DNA from: Nemertoderma westbladi
Lineage: Eukaryota > Animalia > Xenacoelomorpha
Assembly: GCA_032718475.1 (NCBI GenBank)
Contig: JAUCBJ010001155.1
Location: forward strand, 1 to 44,626
Reading direction: 5' to 3'
Length of the DNA stretch: 44,626 nt
Position numbers and translations under genes: made by a program. Below, piece after piece: positions 1 through 13,517 of the stretch (its first letter is position 1; each line of letters begins with the position of its first letter). The notes under the pieces were generated by a model. It was not told where the DNA came from, did not search any database, and saw nothing but the letters and a program-made list of their open reading frames with translations.

Positions 1-1710
1 GAATGTTTCCCGCACACTATACGAATGCGTCCCGCATGTTATATACGAATGTTTCCCACGCTATACGAATGCGTTACGAATGTTTTACGAGTGTTATACG
101 AATGTTTACCGCAGGATTTTTATTTTTTTTCATTATTTCGCTACAGTTTACATAGTTTTAACAGTTTACAACTGTTAAAACGTGTCCATTTTATTTTATT
201 TTTTTGAATATACTTGATATTCCGAATCGAATATGAAAGCCATTTTCAATTTCCCCAAAAAAATGTTCAGATATGATTCAAGAGCACGCAATTTCAGACG
301 TAAATCGTTATAGTTCTGATGATTTTATTATCTAGAATATTAATTTCAAGCTTTTGATTAATCTTATTAATTATTATTGATGGTTTATTATTTTTTATGA
401 TATTTTATTATTATATTATTTTATTATTATATTATTTTATTATTATATCATTTTATTATTATATTATTTTATTATTATATTATATTATTTTATTATTATA
501 TTATTTTATTATTATATATATTTGTATTATTATTATACAGTATATATATTTTATTACTTATTATCGAAAAAAAGCGAATTAATATTCTAGAATATAGTAA
601 AAAAAACATTGAAATTGTGTTGATGCATCTCATAAAATGTATGCCTTTGATGTATTTTGTCTGTAAGATTTTTTTACCATTAATAAGTGTAGGGCCTACT
701 GTAGCAGTATACCGGTACTGCTACACTGCTGACAGTATATCAGTAGACTTTTTAATGGCGTTTTATAGCGAATTAAACAAATTCGACCTGGCGGCCTAAG
801 AAACTGTGTGAGAATATCACCATAAACAGGTACAATTTAATAAAAATTCCCACATGCTTTATAATATGTATTGGTACTGTACTGTAGGCCAGGTGAGATA
901 AATAATGACAACATAAAACTACTGTAATAACTTTGGGAAATGAGTACTACTGTACAGGATGACAGGGGCTAAAACTACGGGTGGGGGGTGCCTAGTGCCT
1001 ACATACTATAAGTATGCCTACATACTGTAGTTCCTTAAGTTAATAATCGTTTTAGTTTTACTAGTTTTATGTTGTCATTATTTATCTCACCTAGCCTACA
1101 GTACATAACCTTTACATTATTACAGTATATCAAGCATGTTGGTAAAGGGAACAGGTTTACATACCAAAATAATGGAGAACCAAAATAATAAACGGGAGTT
1201 AAGAATTACTGGGCAGCCCATTAAATAAATATAAAATAAAATGTAAAAGTACAGTACATGGGACTGGCTGACTGGTAACAAAGGAGCTACTAACTAATAA
1301 CACTATGTTCGATTATTTGCCGAAATGGTGATTGGCCCAGGATTACTGTCTGTACGGTACTCTAATTGAGAGTGCTTTGCATGCGTATGCGCATGCGTCA
1401 CGAATGGACCACGAATAATTTTAAGCGTGGCGTGGCTAAGCATTCGTATCGCATGTGCCCACGAACGAATGAACCACGAATTATTTTTTGTGTGGAGTGG
1501 AAGCATTCGTATCGCATGTGCCACGAATGATGAGCCACGAATATATTTACAAGTGAAATCTCACATGCGATACGAATACTATACGCATTCGTTAAATTAT
1601 TCGGACTGACGAACCATTGACGAAGGCTTCACGAATCTTAAATAACATTGCACGCACCTTTTACGAATGCTGCATGTGGCACGAATGCGTTACGCATGGG
1701 ATTTTTTACT
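1..1710. mobile_element. Degenerate non-autonomous DNA-transposon remnant with dispersed ACGAAT/ATTCGT subterminal motifs
   Basis: (T)ACGAATG motifs cluster at 1-110 and 1380-1700 in both orientations. No coding capacity; boundaries and TSD not resolved. Confidence 0.3.
378..565. repeat. AT-rich low-complexity tandem repeat (TTATTATATTATT-like)
   Basis: Direct reading; accounts for the spurious 397..582 ORF. Confidence 0.85.
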
Positions 1711-3568
1711 GCCCCCCCCCCCCCCCCCAAGATACCTGGGGAGGGGCAGATGCCCCCTTGCCCCCCCCCCCCCCCCCCCCCTAGAACCGCCACTGTCTAC
1801 CGAGCATCACCATCCTGTCCCATAATAACTTCGTAGCGGCTTTGTGTCGACGGTCGAAAAGTGGCCATAGCAGTAGTGCTTTTTTTCTGACCTTCGTCCT
1901 GGAACCCTACGCAGCCGGGTACTATACAGCTATACACCGGCTTTCATTGCAGTAAAGAAAAGTGTAGGCGCCGTATAACCGCGGTATAATCAGTTTTCAG
2001 ATCTAGCTCCTCTACTAATTTATTATGCCCTATATTAATTAAATAAAACACCGCAAAGATAGGTGGAATATTCTGATATTCAATTAAAGGGATATTGCGT
2101 TAGAGAAACTGTGATAGGCAAAACAGAAGTAGGCCTAAGCAGCTAGGCTTGTACAGTCTGCAGTCTGACAGTTGTAGCTAGAATAATTGCTGAATTGCAT
2201 CGGATCGGATCGGATCGGACGGCATCTGACATATAATTCTACCTCGTGCTTGGGGCAAGCCACGAAGTCTAGCCTAGCCCCAGAGCCTAGCAGCCTCTCG
2301 GTCAGTCAGTCAGTCGGTGACAGAGGGTGGGGAGGTAGAATAAAACGTCTGCCCTTATCTGATCTGATCTGACAACATCTGATCCTATAACCAATCAGGA
2401 GAAAGAGATATAATATTTACCTAACTGTCTGTTAGGTAAATAGCCAATAGCTGAATAGGGGATCACGTTTCACTTTGCCTGTTAATGTATCAGTATGATG
2501 TAGCAGTACAGGCATACCAGTATGCATCTAATGCACAAAGGCATATTATTATATATTAAAAATGCGATATAGGATGAAGGATGGCGGGTATGAAAGTTGT
2601 GTGATTGTCCCAGCAAAGATGGATAGTTTCAGATGTAAACAACTTTCGTAGATTTAGTTGGTGTTGAAACATTAAACATTTATTAAAAACAATACAGCCT
2701 TTGCTGCAATATTTTCGTAAATCTTTCTTGTTAATAGTTATCATTATTAATAGTTAAAGTTAATTATATTAATTCTAATTAATATTATTAATTAAGTAAT
2801 GATACTTATTAATACATTACATTTAAAATATTTATTGTTTGTTTGTTACGCTAAACAGCTAAAGGCAGAAAGGGAAGGCAGGAAGGGTTATCTCTCTAGG
2901 CCTACTGTGTAGTGTGTATATGACGAAACACTTAACATGCCCCATATTGCCAGCTGATACAGTGCAGTTTATACGATGAAGGAATATGGGAAGGTGTATG
3001 GGAATGTGGGAATTAATAAACGCTGTTGTTACCTTCCAATTGAAGGAAAAGAGCAGGTTACAGCGGCTGTAATTTCTAACCAAAACAATAAACGACGTTT
3101 TACCTACAAATTGAGGGAAAGGAGCAGGTTACCGAGACAGGGTTTTCTAACAGTCTAACCAAAACAATAAAGGATTGTGTTACCTACTAATTGAGGGAAA
3201 GGAGAATATGTTACCGCGGCGGCTTGTTTACACCCACCTTCTTACTAACCGTCCGACTGACTGATCAATAGATAATCCCCCTCAAAAAATAAAGGACATC
3301 GCGCACGCGCATAAAACACTTAATAAAGATAAATTTAATAAAAAATATCGACCAATAAAAAATCGACCGAAAAGTGAAATCCTGGTATTCTTTACATGCA
3401 ACATGGGCGAAGAATACGACTTTATGCCGTTATATTTCACTTTGCAGTTACCCCCATGTGAAGAATACCAAGGACCTTAATTAATACTGTAGTAGGCCTA
3501 TTGAAGAATCCTGGCCTTTTTTTCGGCAAAAGTGGTATCTTTTAGTGCAAAACAGTCAGTCAGTGAGA

Positions 3569-3850
3569 AGTCAAAAATTGGACTTGAGTCCAAAATTGGA
3601 CTTCGACTCCAGTTCAAGTCCAAAATTGGACTTCTGTGAGTCCAATATTGGACTTCAAATCAGCCAATTGCTCCAGGGCCTTGGGTAATAGGATCGGGCG
3701 GGATTTTTTTTCTTTAATCGAAAATATATCAAAAAATAAGAGTTTTGAACAGGGGGACCTGAAATTCACCAGGGGGAACTTTTTTTTATAAGGCTTTGAA
3801 TTTTTACAAAAGTCCAATATTGGACTTTAAGTCCAATTTTGGACGTGACA
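3569..3850. repeat. Cluster of near-palindromic AGTCCAA(A/T)ATTGGACT motifs, probable MITE remnant
   Basis: About 6 copies at 3569-3655 and 3810-3845. Confidence 0.5.
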
Positions 3851-3945
3851 TTGAGAATCGAACTTAAAGGTACATGAAGCATGACAGATGAGAGACAGCC
3901 AGACAGCTGTTAAGTTATGGAAAGCTACCTTTGCAGCTCTGTATG

Positions 3946-5222
3946 CCAGGTTGGAATTCATGCTGCAAAACTCGGACGCGTACCTGCGCGAATGACCGCA
4001 AACCAGATGCGCGTTGCGCGTTTGGGTGAGACAGGTGCGCGTTCGGGTGTGAGACAGGTGCGCGTTGCGCCTCAGCGCGCAGCTCTGCCTCTGATGCGCA
4101 CCATAAATTAATTGAAATCACGAAAATACACAAAAAAATTTCGCTCGCTGCGCTCGCATTGGTTTCTCATTTCCAATTCTTCAAACAGTCAAATCACTTC
4201 ACCATAATACTGTAATACCGGCAACCGGAGCTGAATTTGTCTATTTATTTTAACTACAGTACTCTATTGTTGTATTGTTATATATATATATTTGATTTAA
4301 TTCGCACGAGGCGACAATACAGGGTAAATGTAAATAAAAATGCACGCAAATGCACAATAAAACAGCTGGCTAAAAATATAAAGTATGTGATTAAAATATC
4401 ATAGAGGTGGCTGAAGAATGCAAGGTGTTAGTTGTCAGTCGCCACTCGTGGACACAATTACTTTGCATGCAAAAACTGTGTACTGAATAGTTCAAATGAT
4501 TTAGAGCATTACCGGACAATGAGCAATACGCAATACAATAAATAACAATATATAATTAACGAATGAAATCTGATCCAAGTATTAAATATTACAACGGTAC
4601 ATCCCTGTGGTTGTAGTCAATATTATAAATTGATATTATCTGTTATCGATTGTTATTAGGTCTATGCTATGCCGATGTTACGTTAGTAAACAGGTAAAGT
4701 CAGAAAGTAACAATGTATTATAAGTATGACTTAATTATAAGCCAACTGTATGTTTAAGCCTAATTGTTAGGTAGGCCTATACAAAGTATTATTGGCAGAC
4801 TGGTACCTATTTCAATATTCGTTTTTTTGAAATTACCGGTACATGTTTTGTTTGTAATCTAAAATAATATTTTCTGTTATAAAAGCAGTGAGCCCGATGG
4901 GCCACCATAGTAGTGGATTAAAAAAATATTTTTTAATATTAACAATTTTGATGTTGCAAAAATTACATTTATTATGTAAGCCTAGATTCAACGTACAGAC
5001 AGACAGACGTAAAGATAAGCTTAAAACGCTCAAACTTGTAAAATAGGAATGTAAAATTGTTCTTATGAACTGTGCGATTTTTTGAGATATGCATGACATG
5101 AGCTGCGCGATTTTGTTTGGATTATGACATATGATGAGGTGCGCGACGAGCCAATTTCAGGTGCGCGGTGATTTCAAAACAACAAAGTGTACCTGCGCGC
5201 TCATGCATGAATTCCAACCTGG
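3946..5222. mobile_element. Non-autonomous TIR DNA transposon with 8-bp TSD (hAT/P-like)
   Basis: Perfect 18-bp TIR CCAGGTTGGAATTCATGC (3946-3963 / 5205-5222). TSD TCTGTATG at 3938-3945 and 5223-5230. Subterminal (AG)GTGCGCG repeats at both ends. Confidence 0.9.
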
Positions 5223-6032
5223 TCTGTATGTATCTTCAGTGTACTGACTGTACTGTACTTAGAATAAAATGGTACATTCTAGCATTATAGGTACTTTGTA
5301 CTTTACTTTTAGCTTTTAGCATATTGTTTAGTCAGTTAGTTCACAATTTACATTCATGTTATGTGTAACCTTACAGCCTTATGTACCCAGGACTTTATAG
5401 TGTCTTTAGGACTAGATTAGATTATGCTCCAACAAATATTTAATTACAAATTATATTTGGTGGATACTGGTAGCAATGCCAGGTTAGCCAACTGCAGCTG
5501 CTGCTAAGGCTAACTACAGTACAAGCTACGATTTCGTCTAAGGCTATGGGAGCCCTATCAGAAAGAAATACTACAAGTTGATGCTACCACCATCTCTTCT
5601 AATTTTTCCATACAACAGGAAGGGTATTATAAAACAGCTGGAAAACAGGATAATGAAATGGGATTAGTAACTGATTAACGCGTTGGGGTCTCCACATAAT
5701 AAGTACAGAAGTAACAAGTAACACACGTCATAATCATAAACCAATTGAGTGAAAGGAACAGGTTACAGAGGCAGGCTTTTCTAACTAAAACAATAAACGG
5801 CCACTTTTTGACTTTACCAATTGAAGGAGCCCTATAACCTCACCACATACTACTACTGACTAACAGTTGTATAGGAAGTTTGCAGTTAAAGTATCTGCTC
5901 GGGGAGATGGTCCCACGTCTAGTCTCGCTAGTAGGTTTGGTTTCGCTAGTAGGTTTGGTTTCGAGTATTTGTACGTTAACAGGGATGACAGACTTCAGAC
6001 TTGGAAGGTGGAACTCTTTTCGTGCTCTCCTG

Positions 6033-6300
6033 TATATTTCACTTTGCAGTTACTCCCATGTGAAGAATACCAGGTTTTCACGAAAAACACAGGTTACAGA
6101 AAGGCTGAATATAACCAAAACAATAAACGAATTAGTATATTTACAAGGTTATAAGATAGAAATAGCGCAATAAAACACTCAATAAAGATAAATTAAAAAA
6201 GAATTAAAATCTTCATATATAAAATTCCAGTAAAAGTCGACTGAAAAGTGAAATCCTGGTATTCTTCACATGGGCGGTTTTGTATTCTTCACATGGGCCG
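6033..6300. mobile_element. MITE-like family 'CCCATGTGAAGAATAC', copy 1
   Basis: Perfect 20-bp inverted repeat CCCATGTGAAGAATACCAGG at 6055-6074 / 6255-6274. Homologous copies at ~12802-13052 and partial ones at ~3310-3470 and ~28545-28640. Confidence 0.75.
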
Positions 6301-7215
6301 GCACCAAAATTTGGCACCAGCCGCTAAAAACAAATTTAAGATTTCTAGCTTATTTTATTTGAATTCCTTTTAGTTCGTTTCGGTTAGTTTTTTAGTTAGT
6401 ATCGTTAGTTTCAGAGCGGGAGGTGTTATATGGCTTTGTTTATAGGCTCTGAACCAAGGTGGAACAAGTGTCAGATACCGTCAGATCAGATCAGATAAGG
6501 ACAGACGTTTTAGCCATCCTAGAGGGTGAGTCGAGTCTTTAGCATATCGTTGCAACTTGTAGACTGGAAGAAATGTTTGAATGCTAATACTGTAATACAG
6601 TATTAAATAATCCTAATAACAATTAAGTCGGATAATGAAATGAAATGGAACAAAACATGATAGAGTCTACACACAGTCTGACAGTCCAGCAGTCTGATAG
6701 TACACTGATCAGCTGACAGGCTGATAGGCTTCTTTAGTTCCTCGGCGACGGTCCACTGATAAAGCTGATTGTACCTCTCTGCCACTATCCTGCTATCAGA
6801 GGGCTGGAGGGGGTTGGCAAAAACCTTAGGTTTTTCAAAACAAAAAGTTTTTTCAGGTTTTTGGAAGGTTTTTGCAGGTTTTTGAATGTTATCGCTTGGT
6901 TTTTTTAGTGTTTCTGTCAGGCTGTATTTGTATTGCTTGATTGATTAGATTGACCTGACAGCCTGACTGCTGGACTGCCTGAGCTTGATTGGTCCATCAG
7001 TTCATTCCTTATGGTTCGATAAATTATATGGCTGTATGGGGCTGCATTTCTTCAAGGTTATATTTTATACAGCACTGGCTGACTGGCAGACTGGTAGATA
7101 AGCCTACGATATACCGGTATTCTCGTATTACAATACAATAATCGATTTGATATTTGTTTTAAAAAGGGACAAGGTATAATTAGTCAGTCCAGCAGTGAGG
7201 TTTTATTGTCGGCTT

Positions 7216-9232
7216 AGTTGAAGTTGAAGTTTGAAGTTGAAGTTTTTTATTAACAATGTACATAAGCCATATAAAATGTAAGACATATAAAACATAACAT
7301 AATACACTAATAACCGGCATAATTTGGAATCGACTATAATATTATAATTTAAAAAAAGGAATAGTGCATAGTTCATAAATAAAATATAGAATATCTTGTA
7401 GACATACAATGTTAGGGATAGCTCCATGAGGATAAACCTCGTTTCCATGGAGGTCCCTTTAAAAAGCACAGCATCAGCATTAAAGTGAGCGCAGCGTGTA
7501 AATTACTTAAAAATAACAAATTAATTTGATAAAATATCCGAATGGTATTACAACTAGCTAGTAAATATTAGCTTAAGAACAATCGGGTATTAATCATAGT
7601 GGGAAGTCCTGTATGTGCACTAAATAAAATCACAACATTTTGAGGGTATAAGTACAGTAGGAATTACATAAGGTGTAAGTAGGAATTACATAAATTTATT
7701 TATAAATTAAAATTAAATATTTAAGAATGCGTACAATATAAGAAAGTGAATTAAAATTAGTGTTAAAAAGTGCGCGATAGACAACACATGAAGTAAAATT
7801 AATTATTTAGACTAAAGATTGGCGCAATAGAAAAAAAGAGTGAAACAGGCGAATATGGAACACCAAAACCTAGAAGTAAGTTCAATTAAAATAAATATAA
7901 ATTAATAAAATAAAATAAGCACCAAGCATTCAGACTGGAAAATAGTATTTAATCTACAGTATCTTAAAACCCCATACCGAATCCAAAATTAATAAAATAA
8001 ATAAGAAAACATTACAATTTGGCTAAAAAAAAACCGTCTGGTGACTACAGTATCTATATTATTTACAACGCTAAATAATATGTTAATAAATTACAATTGA
8101 ACTAAAAAATAAAAATAAATTTTTGAAATGTCAGACAAATACATTCTGTGTAGTTCACTGATAAAACTGCCGAATAACTGAATAATATTTACAATTGCCA
8201 GATTGAATGTTCATACTGCACTACTTGACTCAAAAGGTGTTGTTTAACCTGGTGCTTAAAAGACTCTACAGAAAGGGCATTACGTATGTCTGGTGGCAGC
8301 GCGTTCCATATGGATGGACCCATATATGAGAAGCACTCACAGCCCGTTGCCGTGTGCCGCGATGGGACGACTGCGTGTGTGCTGCCGCCACGGAGGTTCA
8401 TGGAGATCGAGTTGAATTGCACGAGTGAGGATAAGTATGGGGGTGATAGGGTCCGCGTGATCCGGTACATATGAGATGCTATGAGCTGCTTTATGCGCCA
8501 TTCTATAGGTAACCATGATAATTCGTTGTAATGTTCGCTAGATATATGCGTTTGACTATGTAAATTGAGGCAGAAGCGGATACATTTACGTTGTAATGCT
8601 TGTAGCTGGTCTCTCAATCTCTTCGATGTACTTGGATACCAGCACGAGGCAACAAAGTCTAGATGCGGTTGGATCATTGTATTACATAATTGGCGCCTCA
8701 AGCCTGAGTCTAGAACAGCCCCCTGTCTGTATAGAAATCTGAGGTTTTTGTTACCCTTTTTTATAACTTGCGTTGCCATGGAATTTCCAGATAGATCCAT
8801 ATCAAGGTGACAGCCAAGATATTTGATGGTTTTCACTTGTTCTATTTGAATAGTATTACATACGACGTTTAACTCATCACTTGTTGCCAGTCATTGATGT
8901 GTTCCGAATATGATAGATTTTGTTTTTTTGAAATTTAAGCTTAACCTGTTGTCTGTCGCCCAGTCATAAATGTTGATCAACGTCCTAGAAAGCACAACAG
9001 ATAAGGCTCCTGCATTGTCATGTTTGGCTAGTAAGTTTGAGTCATCAGCTAGCTTTAGAGATACACATGCATCAGAGGATATTGCATCTGTACGTGAATG
9101 GTCACCATTGGGCTCTTTCAATGACCGCTTTACATCCGTGGGAGAGGTTAAGACTATGTCTAGATCATTCACATATATCAAGAATAAAAGAACCGACAGT
9201 ATTCCACCCTGCGGGACACCCCGCTTTATTAG
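7216..9232 (-). mobile_element. L2/CR1-group LINE, 3' half (RT C-terminal part, 3' UTR, (CTTCAA)n tail)
   Basis: Minus strand reads IKRGVPQGGILSVLLFLIYVND...LADD...LNFKKTK, a stop at 8891, then IKYLGCHLD...YMGPSIWNALP (8189-8836). AATAAA followed by a (CTTCAA)-type tail at 7216-7250. Confidence 0.88.
8189..9232 (-). pseudogene. LINE ORF2 reverse transcriptase, C-terminal portion, disrupted
   Basis: ORFs 8891..9181 and 8189..8836 are in the same frame, separated by a stop. RT motifs PQG, xADD and YLG are present. Confidence 0.85.
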
Positions 9233-9804
9233 GGGGACGTCTATTTACACCAAAAACACACAAAAACACACAAAAACTCACAAAAACACACAAAAACACA
9301 CAAAAACTCACAAAAACACACAAAAACACACAAAACACACAAAAACATAGAAAAACACACAAAAACATACGGCACATATATGAAATGCCTGCAAAGGTAA
9401 TTATCATTGCGGTTTGGGTTGTTGTCTGTTTGTCTGTATGGATGTAATTAATTGTAATCCAAAGAAGTTTGATGTGATTTATTGGGACGATGTAATAAAT
9501 ATATTTGCAGAAGAATCATACTGTAGTAGGCCTATAAACAACATTTTTTAAAAATGTAATAATATTTTAAAATCGGTAATAAAATCGGAATTGTAGTGGA
9601 ATTGAATGGCCATGATAAAACTAATTTATTTATTACATGGGAAAGCAAGACCAGTTATAAACTTCACGGCTTATATGTTCTTAAGTTTTTTTTCCCCTAC
9701 TGCCCTATGTAATATAGGCCTACGTAATTTTATTCTTAATTTGGTACTTTATTGTGGCTTAATTCTTTAATAAAAGATAGAGTGATATATTGTTACAAAA
9801 TAAA

Positions 9805-10940
9805 TGTTTTGTTTTGTTTTAAAACAAAAACAAAGTTTTTGTTTGTTTGTTTTTGTGTGTCTTTGTTTTGTTTTTGTGTGTTTTTGTTGTTTTTGTGTGT
9901 CTTTGTTTTGTTTTTGCGTGTTTTTGTTTGTTTTTGTGTGTTTTTGTTTGTTTTTGTATGTTTTGTTTGTTTTTGTGTGTTTTTGTTTGTTTTTGTATGT
10001 TTTTGTTTGTTTTTGTGTGTTTTTGTTTGTTTTTGTGTGTTTTTGTTTGTTTTTGTGTGAATTGTATGTTTTTGTGTGTTTCTGTTTGTTTTTGTGTGTT
10101 TTTGTTTCTTTTTGTGTGTTCTGTTTCTTTTGTTTGTTTTTGTGTGTTTTGTTTGCTTTTGTTTGTTTGTGTGTTTTTTTGTTTATTTGTGTTTGTTTTT
10201 GTGTTTTTGTTTGTTTTTGTTTGCTTTTGTTTGTTTTTGTGTGTTTTTGTTTGTTTTGTGTGTTTTTGTGTGAATTGTATGTTTTTGTGTGAATTGTATG
10301 TTTTTGTGTGTTTTTGTGTGAATTGTATGTTTTTGTGTGTTTTTGTGTGAATTGTATGTTTTTGTGTGTTTCTGTTTGTTTTTGTGTGTTTTTGTTTGTT
10401 TTTGTGTGTTTTTGTTTCTTTAAGTGTCTTTTGTTTGTTTTTGTTTGTTTTTGTGTGTTTGTTTGCTTTTGTTTGTTTGTGTGTGTTTTTGTTTGTTTTT
10501 GTATATTTGTGTTTGTTTTGGGGTTTTTGTTTGTTTTGTTTGCTTTTGTTTGTTTTTCTGTGTGTTTTTGTTTATTTGTTTTTGTGTGTTTTTGTTTGTT
10601 TTTGTGTGTTTTTGTTTGTTTTGTGTGTTTCTGTTTGTTTTTGTGTGTTTTGTTTGTTTTTGTTTGATTTTGTGTGTTTATGTTTGTTTTTATGTGTTTT
10701 TGTTTGTTTTTGTGTGTTTTTGTTTGTTTTAGTGTGTTTTTGTTTGTTTTGTGTGTTTTTGTGTGAATTGTATATTTTTGTGTGTTTTTGTGTGGATTGT
10801 ATGTTTTTGTGTGTTTCTGTTTGTTTTTGTGTGTTTTTGTTTGTTTTTGTGTGTTTTGTTTCTTTATGTGTCTTTTGTTTGTTTTTGTGTGTTTTGTTTG
10901 CTTTTGTTTGTGTGTGTTTTTGTTTATTTGTGTTTATTTA
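9805..10940. repeat. Degenerate (TGTGTTTTTG)n array inside element A
   Basis: Same 10-bp unit as the TIR subrepeat, in right-TIR orientation. Source of the spurious F/V/C/L-rich ORFs. Confidence 0.9.
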
Positions 10941-11789
10941 ATGTGACGTCAACATATGATCAGATGATGGTAGTCATAAATCGAGTATATTTTTCTTCCC
11001 GGAAGAGTTATTCTCACCAAGCTTGGAAAGAGATGTTGGAGGAAACGCAACCACACTATCTACTGTATTACAGTACTTAATCGCCCTTTGCGCAATTTAT
11101 CAAAGGCATCGCATTAACTGATATCAACCATAACCTGCCTGCCTGATCACAATCATATAGTAATGTTTAGATTGAATAAGCGCGATGCATCCGTCCAGGC
11201 GAAATATATGTGATGTTCATAATGGGGATTCCACGGAGGATCGAGTGCATCAATGATCTAATTTATACTGAAGGTACCTGTAGAGTGTAGACTACTGGAC
11301 GGTCAGCCTAAACACCCAACTACACCCAACTTTCACCCAACTACACCCAACTTTCACCCAACTACACCCAACTTTCAGCCAACTACACCCACACAGTTCC
11401 ACCTCACTACACCCAACTTCCACTTCCACTCTGCATCCAACTTACACAAAACTATACCTACTGTATGGCACCAAACTTCCACAAATTACAATATGTACAG
11501 TAACAAACTCTTCGAGGAATTGCTGAGATATGAGCTTTTAAATGTTTCATGTACTGTATGTTGCCCCCACTGCTGAGCAATTATGAAAATAACAAACTAA
11601 CGTTTTATATTTATTGCATGTTGGTTCTAGAATAATTGATGAATTTAGCAATAAATATACAAAGGAGAGACGCAGAGACTATTGACGAACGATCCAAGCT
11701 ACAGTATAAAACTAAACTGGCGCTATATATGGGATTGTGGTGAAAATGAAAACGGTATTGATACACAGGAGGGTCACCGTCCCGTCACA

Positions 11790-12596
11790 CAGGGACGGAT
11801 TAAGGGGGGGGCAACAGGGGCAGCTGCCGGGGGCCCGTAAGTTGGAAGGGGCCCGCAAATTGGGAGAAATTTACCGAACATTATCTCACTGATAAAACAA
11901 CCTCATTTATTTATTAATTTCTGGCTGTTCAATAAATATTTAGAGTATAGATAGTATAGATAGTATACATATAGCCTCACCATTCAGAGCACTGTGTCCC
12001 ATAGAATGTTTAAAGTGTTTTAAAAAAATATTTTAAGTGTAATGTAATGCTTAAAGGAAAACGTTAGCAAAAAAAAAATTAACCAAAAAAAAAAAAAATT
12101 TAATAATAGTAAACTATTACTGTATTACAATTAACATTTAATTTACCTTTCAATTAATATTATCTGAAATCATTCACGAGTTCAGTAGGTTAGGAAATTG
12201 CTATTTTTAAGTAATTTTGTGTCTAATTTATTGATATACAAATATATTCGTTCCTAAATATAGAATTGATGTCTTTTGGATGGTGTAATTTTAGGAAAAA
12301 ATTAGTATTATTTAAATAATAAAGGACTATTATTCGATAAAAAAAAATTAAGCGGAAATCACCGCTTTTTTAACGGATTTTCAATTTAGCGAAATTCAAC
12401 TATGTTTTTTTTTTTTTATTCAACTGTTACGTTTTTATATCGAATATATTGTTTTATTTGAAAAAAATATTACCAGCGTTACTTATTTGTACCAACGGGG
12501 ACCAAAATTTTTTGCAATTGGTTTTCGTCGGGGAGGGGGGGTAGGGGCCCGTAAGTTGCGACTGCCGGGGGCCCGAAAATCCATAATCCGTCCCTG
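11790..12596. mobile_element. hAT-type MITE in the left arm of element B
   Basis: 13-bp TIR CAGGGACGGATTA. 8-bp TSD CCGTCACA at 11782-11789 and 12597-12604. GGGGCCCG subterminal repeats. The empty site is preserved in the right arm (~15445-15470). Confidence 0.93.
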
Positions 12597-12801
12597 CCGT
12601 CACAGCCTTAACGACGAAATCGCATTGGAAACTTCTGTTATGGGAATAGCAATGCAGATAATTCGTACAAAGTTAATGGACATAAGTTCTATATTATACA
12701 GTATGTTTAATGCAATTATAATAATGTAATTATCCTTTATGTATCATAGAATACAAGAAAAAGAACTGTAACATTATTTTCAGCAGCTTTATTTTAATCT
12801 T

Positions 12802-13052
12802 GGGCCCATGTAAACACTTTCTGCCGTTATATATTTAACTTTGCAGTTGCCCCCATGTGAAGAATCCCAGGTTTTCATTAAAATCACAGGTTACAAATGG
12901 GCTGAATCTAACCAAAACAATAAACGAAATTTAGCCGTATCAAAACGAAACGTATCACAAAGATAAATTAAAAAAAATAAAAAATCTTCATACATAAAAT
13001 TCCAATAAAATGTCGACCGAAAAGTGAAATCCTGGTATTATTCACATGGGCG
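12802..13052. mobile_element. MITE-like family 'CCCATGTGAAGAATAC', copy 2, in the left arm of element B
   Basis: Homologous to 6033-6300; ends GCCCATGT...ACATGGGC. Absent from the mirrored right arm (~15245-15275). Confidence 0.8.
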
Positions 13053-13517
13053 AACTTTATGGCCTTTATATTAATTAATTTTTAACGAAACAACAGCAAT
13101 AATTTTAGAACATTTTACATTTTTGATAAACTAAAAGGGGATCTGGTAAGATCTGTACAGGTCAAGGGAATTTCTGCAAGGAACTTATTATGATCTTCAC
13201 ATACAGGCGATGCCAGAATGGACAAGATTTCTACAGTATGAGAATCGATAAGATCGTTATACATTACAGATCTTACAGTAGTAGAAATAATAATTCATCA
13301 CACTAGGGTAAAGAATTGCAGACGTTGATCAACGTAATCATATAGACGCGGCTTGTGGTCTCTACTCTCTAGTACATACTGTACAGTATATGTACAGTAG
13401 GATATGACAATATTCAGCTTATTTTATTACAAACAACGAAATGGGAGAAGAGTATTTAATCTTTCAGACATTCCACCCATTCGAAAATCCTCATGTGATC
13501 AACATTGAGGTTTCCAA

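Larger units (their letters stand above)
2330..6520. mobile_element. Old hAT-like non-autonomous element hosting younger insertions
   Basis: 33-bp inverted repeat 2341-2373 (TAAAACGTCTGCCCTTATCTGATCTGATCTGAC) vs 6480-6512, 1 mismatch. AGAGGGTG on both outer sides (2322-2329, 6521-6528). The extreme left terminus is decayed. Confidence 0.45.

Noticed and set aside
1735-1795. hAT-like right end (CTAGAACCGCCACTG after poly-C); likewise a MITE-like left end at ~33045-33130
   Set aside because: No partner TIR or TSD found in the window, so no element could be delimited.
9752-11080. F/V/C/L-rich 'membrane protein' ORFs
   Set aside because: Translations of a TG-rich microsatellite.
11315-11420. 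CACCCAACT arrays as telomeric repeats
   Set aside because: The 10-11-bp units lie inside TIRs bounded by a TSD and are not TTAGGG or TTAGG.
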